Shown piece after piece: positions 1 to 7,993 of a stretch of 64,000 nt of DNA. The position numbers and the translations under genes are program-made. Source of the DNA: an uncultured Acidobacteriota bacterium (GTDB lineage: Bacteria; Acidobacteriota; Terriglobia; Acidiferrales; UBA7541); the NCBI GenBank assembly GCA_963739275.1, contig CAVTZX010000044.1:1646-65645 (forward strand). Reading direction: 5' to 3'. Each line of letters starts with the position of its first letter. The first letter of the stretch is position 1. The notes under the pieces are model-generated. The model made no database searches, was not told where the DNA came from, and saw nothing but the letters and a program-made list of their open reading frames with translations.

Positions 1-8
1 CCGAGCGC

Positions 9-872
9 ATGCGTTCGAAAGCGCCCGATGGGCGCCCCATGCGCGCCGTGGCCGCGGAGTTCATCAAGCCCAACGACCGTCTCACTTCCTTCGAGCGCCT
101 TGAAATTTACAACCGGCAATACTGGTTCCGCGTGCTCTCCAGCTTCGCGGAGGACTTCCCTGGGCTCTGCGCCATCCTCGGCGCCCGGCGGTTCGACGCC
201 ATGTCAAAAGCCTATTTGAGCGACTGTCCCTCGCGTTCCTTCACCCTCCGCAACCTGGGGTCACACCTGGAGGGCTGGTTGCGAAAGCATCCGCGCTGGG
301 CAGGCGCGCGGCAGAAACTGGCGATCGACATGGTACGGCTCGAGTGGGCCGATATCGAAGCGTTCGACGGCAAGGCCGAACCGGCGCTCACCTCAGCGGA
401 TCTCGCGGGCGCGAATTCGGCGAAGCTGCGGCTGCGCCTCCAGCCTTACGTCCAACTGCTCGATCTGCGTTACCCCGTGGACGATCTGCTGCTCGAGGTC
501 CGTAACGACGAGGACACAGACTTCGCCAGCAACGCCTTCGACGAGCATCGCAAAAGGAAGCGCGTGCAACGCGTTGCGCGGCTGATGCCGAAGCCGATTT
601 TTCTGGCCGTGCACCGCATCGATTATTTCGTCTATTTCCGGCGGCTCGAGCCCGAGGAGTTTGCCATCCTCAGCGCGCTGCGCGACGCCAAGTCGTTGAA
701 GCGCGCGATCGAGGATGCGTTCCAGCGGAGTGAGATTCCGATGGTTAAGCAGCCGCGCGAGGTAGAGGAGTGGTTCCACGCGTGGGCCGCCCTGGGATGG
801 TTCTGCCGCCCGGAAACCAAGACCGGGAATTCTGAATCCGCTGCGACGAAGAAGCATTCAAACGCGGCATGA
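9..872 (+). CDS. DUF2063 (HvfC/BufC-like) domain protein
   Basis: 287-aa ORF. The block RLEIYNRQYWFRVLSSFAEDFPGL...MVRLEWADIEAF is typical of DUF2063 proteins that follow DUF692/MNIO genes. ATGA overlap with the next ORF. Confidence 0.7.
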   Translation: MRSKAPDGRPMRAVAAEFIKPNDRLTSFERLEIYNRQYWFRVLSSFAEDFPGLCAILGARRFDAMSKAYLSDCPSRSFTLRNLGSHLEGWLRKHPRWAGARQKLAIDMVRLEWADIEAFDGKAEPALTSADLAGANSAKLRLRLQPYVQLLDLRYPVDDLLLEVRNDEDTDFASNAFDEHRKRKRVQRVARLMPKPIFLAVHRIDYFVYFRRLEPEEFAILSALRDAKSLKRAIEDAFQRSEIPMVKQPREVEEWFHAWAALGWFCRPETKTGNSESAATKKHSNAA

Positions 873-1372
873 AAAACGTGTTTGCTGCGCTTCATGGATT
901 GCACGGCTGGTTTGTGCGAGTCGTTTCGAGCGCGCAGTCGCCGTTTTTGCTGGCAGTGCGGCTGTACTGGGGTTGGCAGCTCGGTGAAGACAGCTGGGGA
1001 AAACTGCATCACCTCGACAACGTGACGCAGTTCTTCACCGAACTGAACCTGCCGATGCCGCACCAGACGGCCATCTTCGTTGCGAGCTTCGAGTTCATCG
1101 CCGGAATCCTCCTAGCCGTTGGTCTGCTCTCGCGGATCACTGCGCTCGGCATCTTCATTGACATGCTCGTGGCCTACCTCACCGCGGACCGGGAGGCATT
1201 TTCCTCGTTCTTCTCCGACCCCAACAAGTTTGCAGGCGCCGATCCCTTCGTTTTCTTCTTCGTGGCCCTGCTGATTCTGATTGTCGGCCCGGGCAAACTT
1301 TCTCTCGATACGCTGCTCGAGCGCGTGATGGGCAAGGCGACGCCCCGGGAAGCCGGCGCGGCGGCACGCTGA
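869..1372 (+). CDS. DoxX family membrane protein
   Basis: 167-aa hydrophobic ORF with the DoxX-like pattern (LAVRLYWGWQL..., FIAGILLAVGLLSR). Translationally coupled to the DUF2063 gene. Confidence 0.75.
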   Translation: MKNVFAALHGLHGWFVRVVSSAQSPFLLAVRLYWGWQLGEDSWGKLHHLDNVTQFFTELNLPMPHQTAIFVASFEFIAGILLAVGLLSRITALGIFIDMLVAYLTADREAFSSFFSDPNKFAGADPFVFFFVALLILIVGPGKLSLDTLLERVMGKATPREAGAAAR

Positions 1373-1461
1373 GAAAACGCCCAGCCGCACGTGGTACTCT
1401 AGCCGCCTCCATGCCGGTCTTCGTCGGCCGGAGTGCGCGGACGACGCGCGGCAATTGGCCT

Positions 1462-2886
1462 TCATGCGGACTCCGCTTCGCGGCGCATGAGTTGCCAAAG
1501 CGCTTCAACGTGCTCCCGTTCGGTGGGCACTGCACCGATAGAAACACGCACCATCCAGCGGCCATCGAGCAAGGCGGGGGTGAGGTAGGCGCCGCCGGAC
1601 TGATTCACGCGATCCACCCACGCGAGCGTGTGTTTGTCCAGCGCGTCGCCCGCAACTCCGCGCGGCTCATGGCGCACGCATACGGTCTGCAGCGGCACGG
1701 GAGCGAGGACGCGCCAGCCGGGAGCCGCGCGAATCTGCTCGGCGAGCCACTGCGCATTGGCCAAGTCACGGCGAAGACGCGACTGCAGACCCGCGACGCC
1801 CTGCTCGCGGATCAAAAACCACAATTTCAGCGCGCGGAAGCGGCGGCCCAGGGGGATACCCCAGTCGCGCAGGTTCTTCACCCGACTATCCGCGGCGGAT
1901 TGCAGATAGCTCGGGTTGGTCGAGAGCACGCGCACCAGGTGCTGGGGATCGCGGACGTAGTAGAGCGAGCAGTCGAAGGCCACCCCCAGCCACTTGTGGG
2001 CGTTGACGACGAGAGAGTCGGCACCCTCTATCCCCTCCCACATCCAGCGGCATTCGGGAAGGATCATGGCGGAGCCGGCCATGGCGGCGTCCACGTGCAG
2101 CCAAAGGGCGTGGCGGCGGGCGGTCGCGGCGAGGGGAGCAAGGGGATCGAGCGCGGTGGTCGTGGTGGTGCCGGTTGTGACGGCGATGGCGCAGGGCTTG
2201 AGGCCGGCGGCAAGATCGCGGCGGATCAGGTCGTCGAGCGCGGCAGGAAGCATGGCGTAATTCTCGTCGTGCGGCACGACGCGAACGTTCTCCCGACCGA
2301 AGCCGGCGAGCAGCGCGGCCTTCTCCACCGAGCTGTGGCTGTGTGCGGAGACGTACACGGTGAGCGGCTGGTCTTCACTCTGCAAGCCGCCACGGCTCGC
2401 GCCGTAGCTGGTGGTGCGCTCGCGGGCGCAGAGCAGCGCCACCAGCGTGCTGGTCGACGCGGTGTCCTGAATCACTCCGCTCCATTCGGCCGAGAGGCCC
2501 GTCATCTGGCGCATCCAGTCAGTGACGACTTCCTCGAGCTCGCTCAGCGCGGGGCTTGACTGCCAGGAAAGGCCGAGGACGCCGAGGCCGGTGCTGACGT
2601 AATCGCCGAGGACGCTGGAGAGCAGGCCGTTCGCGGGGAAGTAGCCGAAGAAGGATGGATGCTGCCAGTGAGAGAGTCCGGGGACGATGATGCGGTCAAG
2701 GTCGCGGAAGATGGCGTCCCACGCTTCCGGCTGCGCAGGAGGCTGCGAGGGAAGCTGTGCCTTGATCTCGCCCGGCGCGGTGCGCGCCATCACGGGAAGC
2801 GCGGCGATGCCAGCACGATAATCGGCGATCCAATCCACGATCTGGTGTCCCACTTTGCGGAATTCTTCAGGAGTCATCGGTTTCAC
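1462..2886 (-). CDS. PLP-dependent aromatic-L-amino-acid / group II decarboxylase
   Basis: 474-aa ORF. HWQHPSFFGYFPA, the TTGTT loop, and the NAHKW PLP-lysine motif are characteristic of DDC/TyrDC-type decarboxylases. Confidence 0.9.
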   Translation of the reverse strand: MKPMTPEEFRKVGHQIVDWIADYRAGIAALPVMARTAPGEIKAQLPSQPPAQPEAWDAIFRDLDRIIVPGLSHWQHPSFFGYFPANGLLSSVLGDYVSTGLGVLGLSWQSSPALSELEEVVTDWMRQMTGLSAEWSGVIQDTASTSTLVALLCARERTTSYGASRGGLQSEDQPLTVYVSAHSHSSVEKAALLAGFGRENVRVVPHDENYAMLPAALDDLIRRDLAAGLKPCAIAVTTGTTTTTALDPLAPLAATARRHALWLHVDAAMAGSAMILPECRWMWEGIEGADSLVVNAHKWLGVAFDCSLYYVRDPQHLVRVLSTNPSYLQSAADSRVKNLRDWGIPLGRRFRALKLWFLIREQGVAGLQSRLRRDLANAQWLAEQIRAAPGWRVLAPVPLQTVCVRHEPRGVAGDALDKHTLAWVDRVNQSGGAYLTPALLDGRWMVRVSIGAVPTEREHVEALWQLMRREAESA

Positions 2887-3000
2887 CCGGCGCAGGAAAA
2901 GTCAGGCAGAGGATTCTGGCACAATTCGGCGGCGATGGGCTTAAATCGTAAACTTTTTGGGAACTGTCAACGTTGAGGTTCTTCCGGCCGGCCAAGAGTG

Positions 3001-3030
3001 CCGACCCTCAGAATGACAATCTCTCGTAAC
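3001..3030. repeat. solitary GGAATGAC-type REP-like unit
   Basis: cagaatgacaatctctcg matches the core of the repeats at 4638, 4713, 4800, 4911, 5626 and (reverse) 41148. Confidence 0.5.
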
Positions 3031-3044
3031 GGCGGGCGGGCGCG

Positions 3045-3707
3045 CTAGTTCAACGCCGGAGGCGCGGCCTGATGGACCAGCTCGACGTCGATGGTGATGC
3101 TCACATCGTCGCTGACCACGGCGCCGACGTTTTCGATTGTGCGGTTCCACATCAGGCCGAATTCCTTGCGGTTGATTTTGGTGCGCGCCTGGGCGCCCAT
3201 GTGCAGATTCCCGCGCGGGTCCTTGAAGGACGGCGTGGGGCCATCGACGTCAAAAACAACTTCCTTGGTGACGCCGTGAATGGTGAGGTCGCCGGTGAGC
3301 TTGATTTTGCCCGCACCGGCGGCTTCGGCGCGCTTGGACTTGAAGGTGAGCGTGGGGTATTTCTCGACGTCGAAGAAATTCGCGCTGCGGAGATCTTTGT
3401 CGCGGCCTTCGGCGCGCGTGTCCACGGAAGCTGCGTCAATGGTGACGTCGATGGCCGTCTTGGAGAGATCGGAGGGGTCGTACTGGACGGTGCCGCTCAT
3501 CTTGTTGAACTGGCCGCTGACGTTGGAAATCATCATGTGGCGCACGGTGAACTGTGCCGCGGAGTGGTTGGGATCCATCTGCCAGGTGAGCGCCTGTCCG
3601 GCCGCAGAGGCCGCAGCGAACGAGACCCCCATGGCGATGAGGAACACGCGGCAGAGGATCCCAGTCCGGAACGGCTTTGAAAGATGCGCTGCACTCGGAT
3701 GAGTCAT
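3045..3707 (-). CDS. YceI family periplasmic protein
   Basis: The ORF contains QFTVRHMMISNVSGQF...DVTIDAASVDTR...RDKDLRSANFFDVEKYPTLTFKS, the YceI signature. Start placed at MTHPSAA (ATG 3707), ahead of a signal-like segment. The longer ORF to 3818 runs into the repeat element. Confidence 0.85.
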   Translation of the reverse strand: MTHPSAAHLSKPFRTGILCRVFLIAMGVSFAAASAAGQALTWQMDPNHSAAQFTVRHMMISNVSGQFNKMSGTVQYDPSDLSKTAIDVTIDAASVDTRAEGRDKDLRSANFFDVEKYPTLTFKSKRAEAAGAGKIKLTGDLTIHGVTKEVVFDVDGPTPSFKDPRGNLHMGAQARTKINRKEFGLMWNRTIENVGAVVSDDVSITIDVELVHQAAPPALN

Positions 3708-3752
3708 GACCAATAGCCTCCTGGCTGGGGCGCGAGTATATAACGGCGGCCC

Positions 3753-4108
3753 GTGACTTGTGACTTGCGTGAGCACTCGGTTCCGTCCGAAGTTGATAGT
3801 CCACAGTTCATAGTTCATAGCCGAAAATACTAGATGGCGCGATTTCTGTGAGTTGTGAACTTATGGTATACCCCCCCACCCCCCGGTCAGTGATGTAAGT
3901 GCGTATTCTAAAGGACTTAGATGAGCACCCTCTCGTAAGAGCAGATTCTGCCGGACTTAAAGTCCCTTTAGAATCAACACTTACGTGCTCAGTGCGGATC
4001 ATATTCATTCCGTTCGGCTTAGACTTTTGGACTGGTACACCTACTGTCGCTCTCGAAGCGGCGACACGACTGGCTACAAGATAATCATACACTATGCGTC
4101 AAGAGGGG
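3753..4108 (-). repeat. structured low-GC intergenic element, copy A (three 24-nt modules, G-tract, AGTCAC heptads)
   Basis: Aligns block by block with the reverse complement of 42721-43034. Modules lie at 3895-3918, 3935-3958 and (inverted) 3960-3984. C/G tract at 3871-3886. Conserved box at 4081-4108. GTGACTT x2 at 3753-3766. Confidence 0.8.
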
Positions 4109-4559
4109 CGAGGAGGGTGACATGTTGAAAAGTTGAATGGTTTCAAGGGGATGGGGGTGCTGGAGGTTTGAGGTTGGAAGTTGGGGATTCGAGGATTGAG
4201 AAAAAAATGAGGAGCAGGCGGGAGTTTGAAGGTTCGACGTCGGAAGCTGAAGAAAAAAGTCCAGAAACAGACCCTTTGGAACTCGGCCGGACGGTGCGGT
4301 GCGCCACCCGAAGTAGTCACGGCGCGGAGGGGTTGCCGCCCGCCCGACTCAATCGCCATAGCCTCGGTACCTCGGCGGCAGATGATATCGGTGGTGGCTT
4401 AGCCGCGCGACACCTGTTGCAGCCGGTGCGGCAAGTGTATCCCAGGAGGGGTTTGCAGCAAACGGTGCCGCTGCTAGAAAAGGGGGCGCACAGGAAGGCG
4501 CCTGCATGAGGCAGGCATTCGGCAGAGATGGAGGTGCGACAAGGGTTAGGGAGAGGGGC

Positions 4560-4960
4560 GCGCTTACGGCGGGTTTGGCATTCGAAGTTCAGGGCAAGCA
4601 GGGTAAACGAGCTCCGCCCCTACAAGCGACTGAAGGCGGAATGACGGAAGGAGAGATCCCTCGTCGCCCGCAGGACGGCCTCGCTCCCTTCACCACTGCA
4701 CTCAGGACAGGCGGGATGACAATCGTCGGAGAAGGCGCAGAGGAGAGATTCCCCGCAGGTACATCCGGGGCAGGCCTCATCCTGGCAAGGCCGGGATTCG
4801 GAATGACAATCGGAGGAGAGGGCGCAGGGAAGGAGAGATCCCTTCCGGCCGGGCCGGAATCTTCGATCGTCGGGCGCAGGACGGCCTCGCCCGCCACGGC
4901 GGGCAGGCTCGGGATGACAGTCGTTAGAGAGGGAGCGTGTCGGCGGGGCTGACCCCGAGA
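4560..4960. repeat. cluster of four degenerate REP-like units (GGAATGAC / GGGATGAC cores)
   Basis: Cores at 4638-4645, 4713-4725, 4800-4812 and 4911-4923, each associated with GAGAGAT(C/T)CC and GC-rich hairpins. Spacing is irregular (75-111 bp). Confidence 0.7.
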
Positions 4961-4986
4961 TTTCGGGACCCGCCCATACGAGATCG

Positions 4987-5409
4987 TTAGGAGTTCTTAC
5001 GGGCGCGCGAGCGCGCGATAGCGGCATCAACGCTCCACGGCCCCGCACCCGCAAACGTCAAATACAGAAAGAAGAAGCAGTACAGCACCGCTGGTATGCC
5101 CTGATTCACCGTGGGGAAGAACGATTGCGGCGTGTGGAATTGGAAGTAGGCCACGGCCATTTCGCCAGAGAGCACAAAGGCGACGGGCCGCGTGAACACG
5201 CCCAGCACGATGGCCAAGCCTCCGACTACTTCCAGAAGTCCGCCGATGCCCATCTGCGACATCAAGCGAAACGGCGGCATCCCCGGAACGGGTGGATATC
5301 CAGAGACGATCGAGGTGCCGGCCGAGACAAAGATCAAGCCCGCGACGATGCGAAAGACGCTCAGCATCCGGCCTGTCCACGGGGAGGGCGAAGCTTCGAA
5401 GATCGACAT
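4987..5409 (-). CDS. DoxX family membrane protein
   Basis: 140-aa ORF with four hydrophobic segments and a DoxX-like pattern (RIVAGLIFVSAG..., GGLLEVVGGLAIVLGVFTRP). Confidence 0.8.
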   Translation of the reverse strand: MSIFEASPSPWTGRMLSVFRIVAGLIFVSAGTSIVSGYPPVPGMPPFRLMSQMGIGGLLEVVGGLAIVLGVFTRPVAFVLSGEMAVAYFQFHTPQSFFPTVNQGIPAVLYCFFFLYLTFAGAGPWSVDAAIARSRARKNS

Positions 5410-5549
5410 TCTTACTTGATGCTCCGCGACCGCAAAGTGATTCAGCGTCCTCAGGCGCGGCTATGCGGGAAGATGAGCGGGGGTCAGGAGGGGTCGGCGC
5501 CGACGAATTTGTAGCCGACGCAATCATGGAATCAGGCAGGATAAACTAG

Positions 5550-5660
5550 CAGCGCCCCTACGAGTGACTGAAGGAAGAACGAGAGACAGAGGGATTCCTC
5601 ACCCCGACAAGATGCGTCGGGGTTCGGAATGACAATCGTAAGACACGGCGCAGAGCGGGC
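5550..5660. repeat. REP-like unit (CCCCTACGAGTGACTGAAGG ... GGGATTCCTC-hairpin-TCGGAATGACAATCG)
   Basis: Shares the CCCCTAC(A/G)AG(C/T)GACTGAAGG box with 4617-4637 and the GGAATGACAATCG core (5626-5638) with the 4560-4960 cluster. Confidence 0.65.
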
Positions 5661-5661
5661 G

Positions 5662-5826
5662 TCACTCGTAGCGGAGTGCGACGAGCGGGTCGACGCGGGC
5701 GGCGCGGCGCGCGGGGATGTACGTAGCGAGCATGTCGACCAGCGTGAGGACAGCAACAATCGTGAAGCTGGGACTTTTCTCGAGCAGGCGCAGACCGTAA
5801 CGCAAGTCTTGCTGAAAGGTGGCCAT
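5662..5826 (-). pseudogene. remnant of an ADOP/MacB-like ABC permease (N-terminus fused in frame to the extreme C-terminus)
   Basis: [29 protein letters not shown] is the canonical N-terminus of this family. It is joined directly to [21 protein letters not shown], the canonical C-terminal tail. The roughly 750 intervening residues are absent. Confidence 0.6.
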
Positions 5827-5990
5827 GAAGAGCTCCTTGAATTCCTGCGGATAAGAAGGATTACGTGCGCACCCAGGAAAGGTTACGCGGAAATCGGCGA
5901 GATTGTTCCGCAAAGTGCGATTGACAGGATGCGAGAGGCTGGGACAGGATGCGCGCGGTTCTGGCCGACCGGTGAGATTGGGTCAAGCAA

Positions 5991-6893
5991 ATGAAGGCCA
6001 TCGTTTTCGTCAACCCCGTGGCGGGCGGAGGGCGCGCACGGCGCCTGATGCCGGAGATTGCGGCCTACCTGCGGGAGCAACATTACGCGTTCGAAATTGC
6101 AGAGTCGCGTGATGCGGCGGACCTGGAGCGGCGCGCCGCGGAAGCCACCCGCACGGGCTATGACCCTATCGTGGTGGCGGGCGGAGACGGTGCCGCGCAG
6201 CACGTTGCTCGGGCAACGCTGGGACTCGGCGTGACCCTGGGTATCATCCCGCTGGGCGGGGGGAACGATGTTGCGACAGCGCTGGGCATTCCCAGTGACC
6301 CGCTCGACGCGGCCCATGTGCTGCTAGGAGGCGCGGCGAAGGCGATGGATGCCGTGCAGGTGCGCCTGACGAGCGGAAAGGAAACGCTGTATCTCGGAGG
6401 CGGAGGAATGGGACTCGATGCCGAGGCGGCGGGGCTGGCGAACAGCCGGTTCCGCAAACTGCCGGGCGCGGCGCGCTATGTCGCCGGGGCGCTCTGGACG
6501 CTGAGGAGATTCCGCGCGTTTTGCGTGGAGATTACGCTCGACGAGGAGAGTGCTTTCCGGAGCGAACCGCTGCTCCTCGCTGCGGTCACCAACACGCCGT
6601 TCTATGGCGGCGGGATCACGTTGGCAGCGAACGCGCGCATCGACGATGGTTTGCTCGACCTGGTGCTGGTCCACCGCATGCCGTGGACCCGGCTGGTGGA
6701 ACTGATACCCGTGGCGCTCGAGACGGGACGCCTCGGGCCGCCCGAAGTCCTTCGCTATCGCGCCCGGCGAATCCGGCTAAGCGCAGAGCGGCCCGTTCTC
6801 TTCCACGGAGATGGAGAAGTGTTGGGGCAATCGCCGGTGGAGCTGGAGTGCCTGCCCGGAGCGCTGCGCGTGCTGGCTCCGGCGGCGCGGTGA
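5991..6893 (+). CDS. diacylglycerol/lipid kinase family protein (YegS/BmrU-like)
   Basis: 300 aa. IVFVNPVAGGG, VVAGGDGAAQHV and IIPLGGGNDVA are the DAGK catalytic-domain motifs. Confidence 0.85.
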   Translation: MKAIVFVNPVAGGGRARRLMPEIAAYLREQHYAFEIAESRDAADLERRAAEATRTGYDPIVVAGGDGAAQHVARATLGLGVTLGIIPLGGGNDVATALGIPSDPLDAAHVLLGGAAKAMDAVQVRLTSGKETLYLGGGGMGLDAEAAGLANSRFRKLPGAARYVAGALWTLRRFRAFCVEITLDEESAFRSEPLLLAAVTNTPFYGGGITLAANARIDDGLLDLVLVHRMPWTRLVELIPVALETGRLGPPEVLRYRARRIRLSAERPVLFHGDGEVLGQSPVELECLPGALRVLAPAAR

Positions 6894-6905
6894 ACCCGAG
6901 GCACT

Positions 6906-7277
6906 CTAGCTGACAGTCTTTTTCTTGGTCTTGTCCAGCTTCAGAGTGACGTCGATGTCCTTGCGGCTGTCGAAACTGGAAATCGTGCGCGTAGCGGAGG
7001 TGAGATCGCCGGACTCCGCATGGATTTCGTAATCCACGTTGGGATCCAGGCCGCTGAAGCGGAAGCGCCCGCCATCGTCAGAAAAATGGGTCTGCGTGGC
7101 CTGGGTCCGGTTGTTCTTCAGATAGACCACTGCGGAGGGAACACCGGAATCGTCCTTGTTGATCACCGTGCCGTGTACCGTGCGGAGCTTCGGTTCGCCC
7201 TTCTGCGCGAGGGCAGCACTCGCGGCGAGACACAGCGAGAAGGCGAGAAATATCGCGGTGAACTGGATACGCTTCAC
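6906..7277 (-). CDS. secreted carboxypeptidase-regulatory-like domain protein
   Basis: Signal peptide followed by HGTVINKDDSGVPSAVVYLKN...DGGRFRFSGL, a CarboxypepD_reg-like fold pattern. GTG start overlaps the upstream stop (GTGA). Confidence 0.6.
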   Translation of the reverse strand: MKRIQFTAIFLAFSLCLAASAALAQKGEPKLRTVHGTVINKDDSGVPSAVVYLKNNRTQATQTHFSDDGGRFRFSGLDPNVDYEIHAESGDLTSATRTISSFDSRKDIDVTLKLDKTKKKTVS

Positions 7278-7702
7278 TTTTTCTTTCCTCCCGAAACCGC
7301 TTTCATCCGAAAGACAATGTCCTGGCGGCTGGTGACTCCCGCTTCAAGCTTGGCTTTCTGCTCTTCGAATCCCTGTGCCTTGACGGTCATTTCATATTCG
7401 ACACCGCCGGGCACGTGCATCCAGAACTCCCCGGCGCGGTTGCTGACGCTTTCCGCGAGCACCTTCTTTTCGCCCGCGCGCCGAACCCGCACCTGCGCCC
7501 CCGGAAGCGCAAGACCTTCCGCCGTAAAAACAGTCCCGGACAGGACGATGTGGTTCGCATACTTGCCCTGCTTGCCCGAAGAAGATTGCTGGGAAGTGGA
7601 GGACGATTGCGCGGGCGGACTGGGAGGCGGCTGCTGGGCGCCGGCGCCGCAGGGCAGCCAGAGAGAGACACCGAGAAGGACCGTGCTGCAGTTTGTCCTC
7701 AT
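7274..7702 (-). CDS. secreted carboxypeptidase-regulatory-like domain protein
   Basis: Signal peptide, S/Q/P-rich linker, then LSGTVFTAEGLALPGAQVRV...NRAGEFWMHVPGGVEYEMTVKAQGF. Confidence 0.6.
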   Translation of the reverse strand: MRTNCSTVLLGVSLWLPCGAGAQQPPPSPPAQSSSTSQQSSSGKQGKYANHIVLSGTVFTAEGLALPGAQVRVRRAGEKKVLAESVSNRAGEFWMHVPGGVEYEMTVKAQGFEEQKAKLEAGVTSRQDIVFRMKAVSGGKKK

Positions 7703-7759
7703 GCTGAAGATAGGATGGCTCGGGTAGAGCTGGGGATGCCGGACGGCAGAAGAAAGGGA

Positions 7760-7993
7760 TTACTCGTACTCCTCTTCTTCCTCCTCTTCTTCTTCGTCAT
7801 CGGCCGCGTCCGATTTCTCGTCCGCTTTCTCCTCGTCCTCCTCTTCGTCTTCGGAGATGACGTTGAGATGGACGGGGTGAGTCTGCACGACCTCGAGTTC
7901 GACCTCGCACTCGGGGCAGTTCAGGATTTCGCCTTCTTCCACTTCGTCTTCGTCGACGTCAATCTCGGTACCGCACTCGGGACAGCGAACCAC
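7760..7993 (-). CDS. LysW-like zinc-ribbon protein with extended polyacidic C-terminal tail
   Basis: GAGGAGG lies 8 nt upstream of the GTG start. (M)VRCPECGTEIDV..EGEILNCPECEVELEVV..P matches the LysW CxxC...CxxC ribbon. The tail is about 35 residues of D/E and ends in ...EEYE. Confidence 0.6.
   Translation of the reverse strand: MVRCPECGTEIDVDEDEVEEGEILNCPECEVELEVVQTHPVHLNVISEDEEEDEEKADEKSDAADDEEEEEEEEEYE

Noticed and set aside
4506-4952. 148-aa ORF with repeated GMT(I/V) motifs.
   Set aside because: It is produced entirely by reading through the tandem REP-like units. It has no RBS and no protein-like composition.
4560-4960. CRISPR array.
   Set aside because: The repeats are imperfect, spacing is irregular (75-111 bp), the 'spacers' are related to each other, and there are no cas genes in the window.
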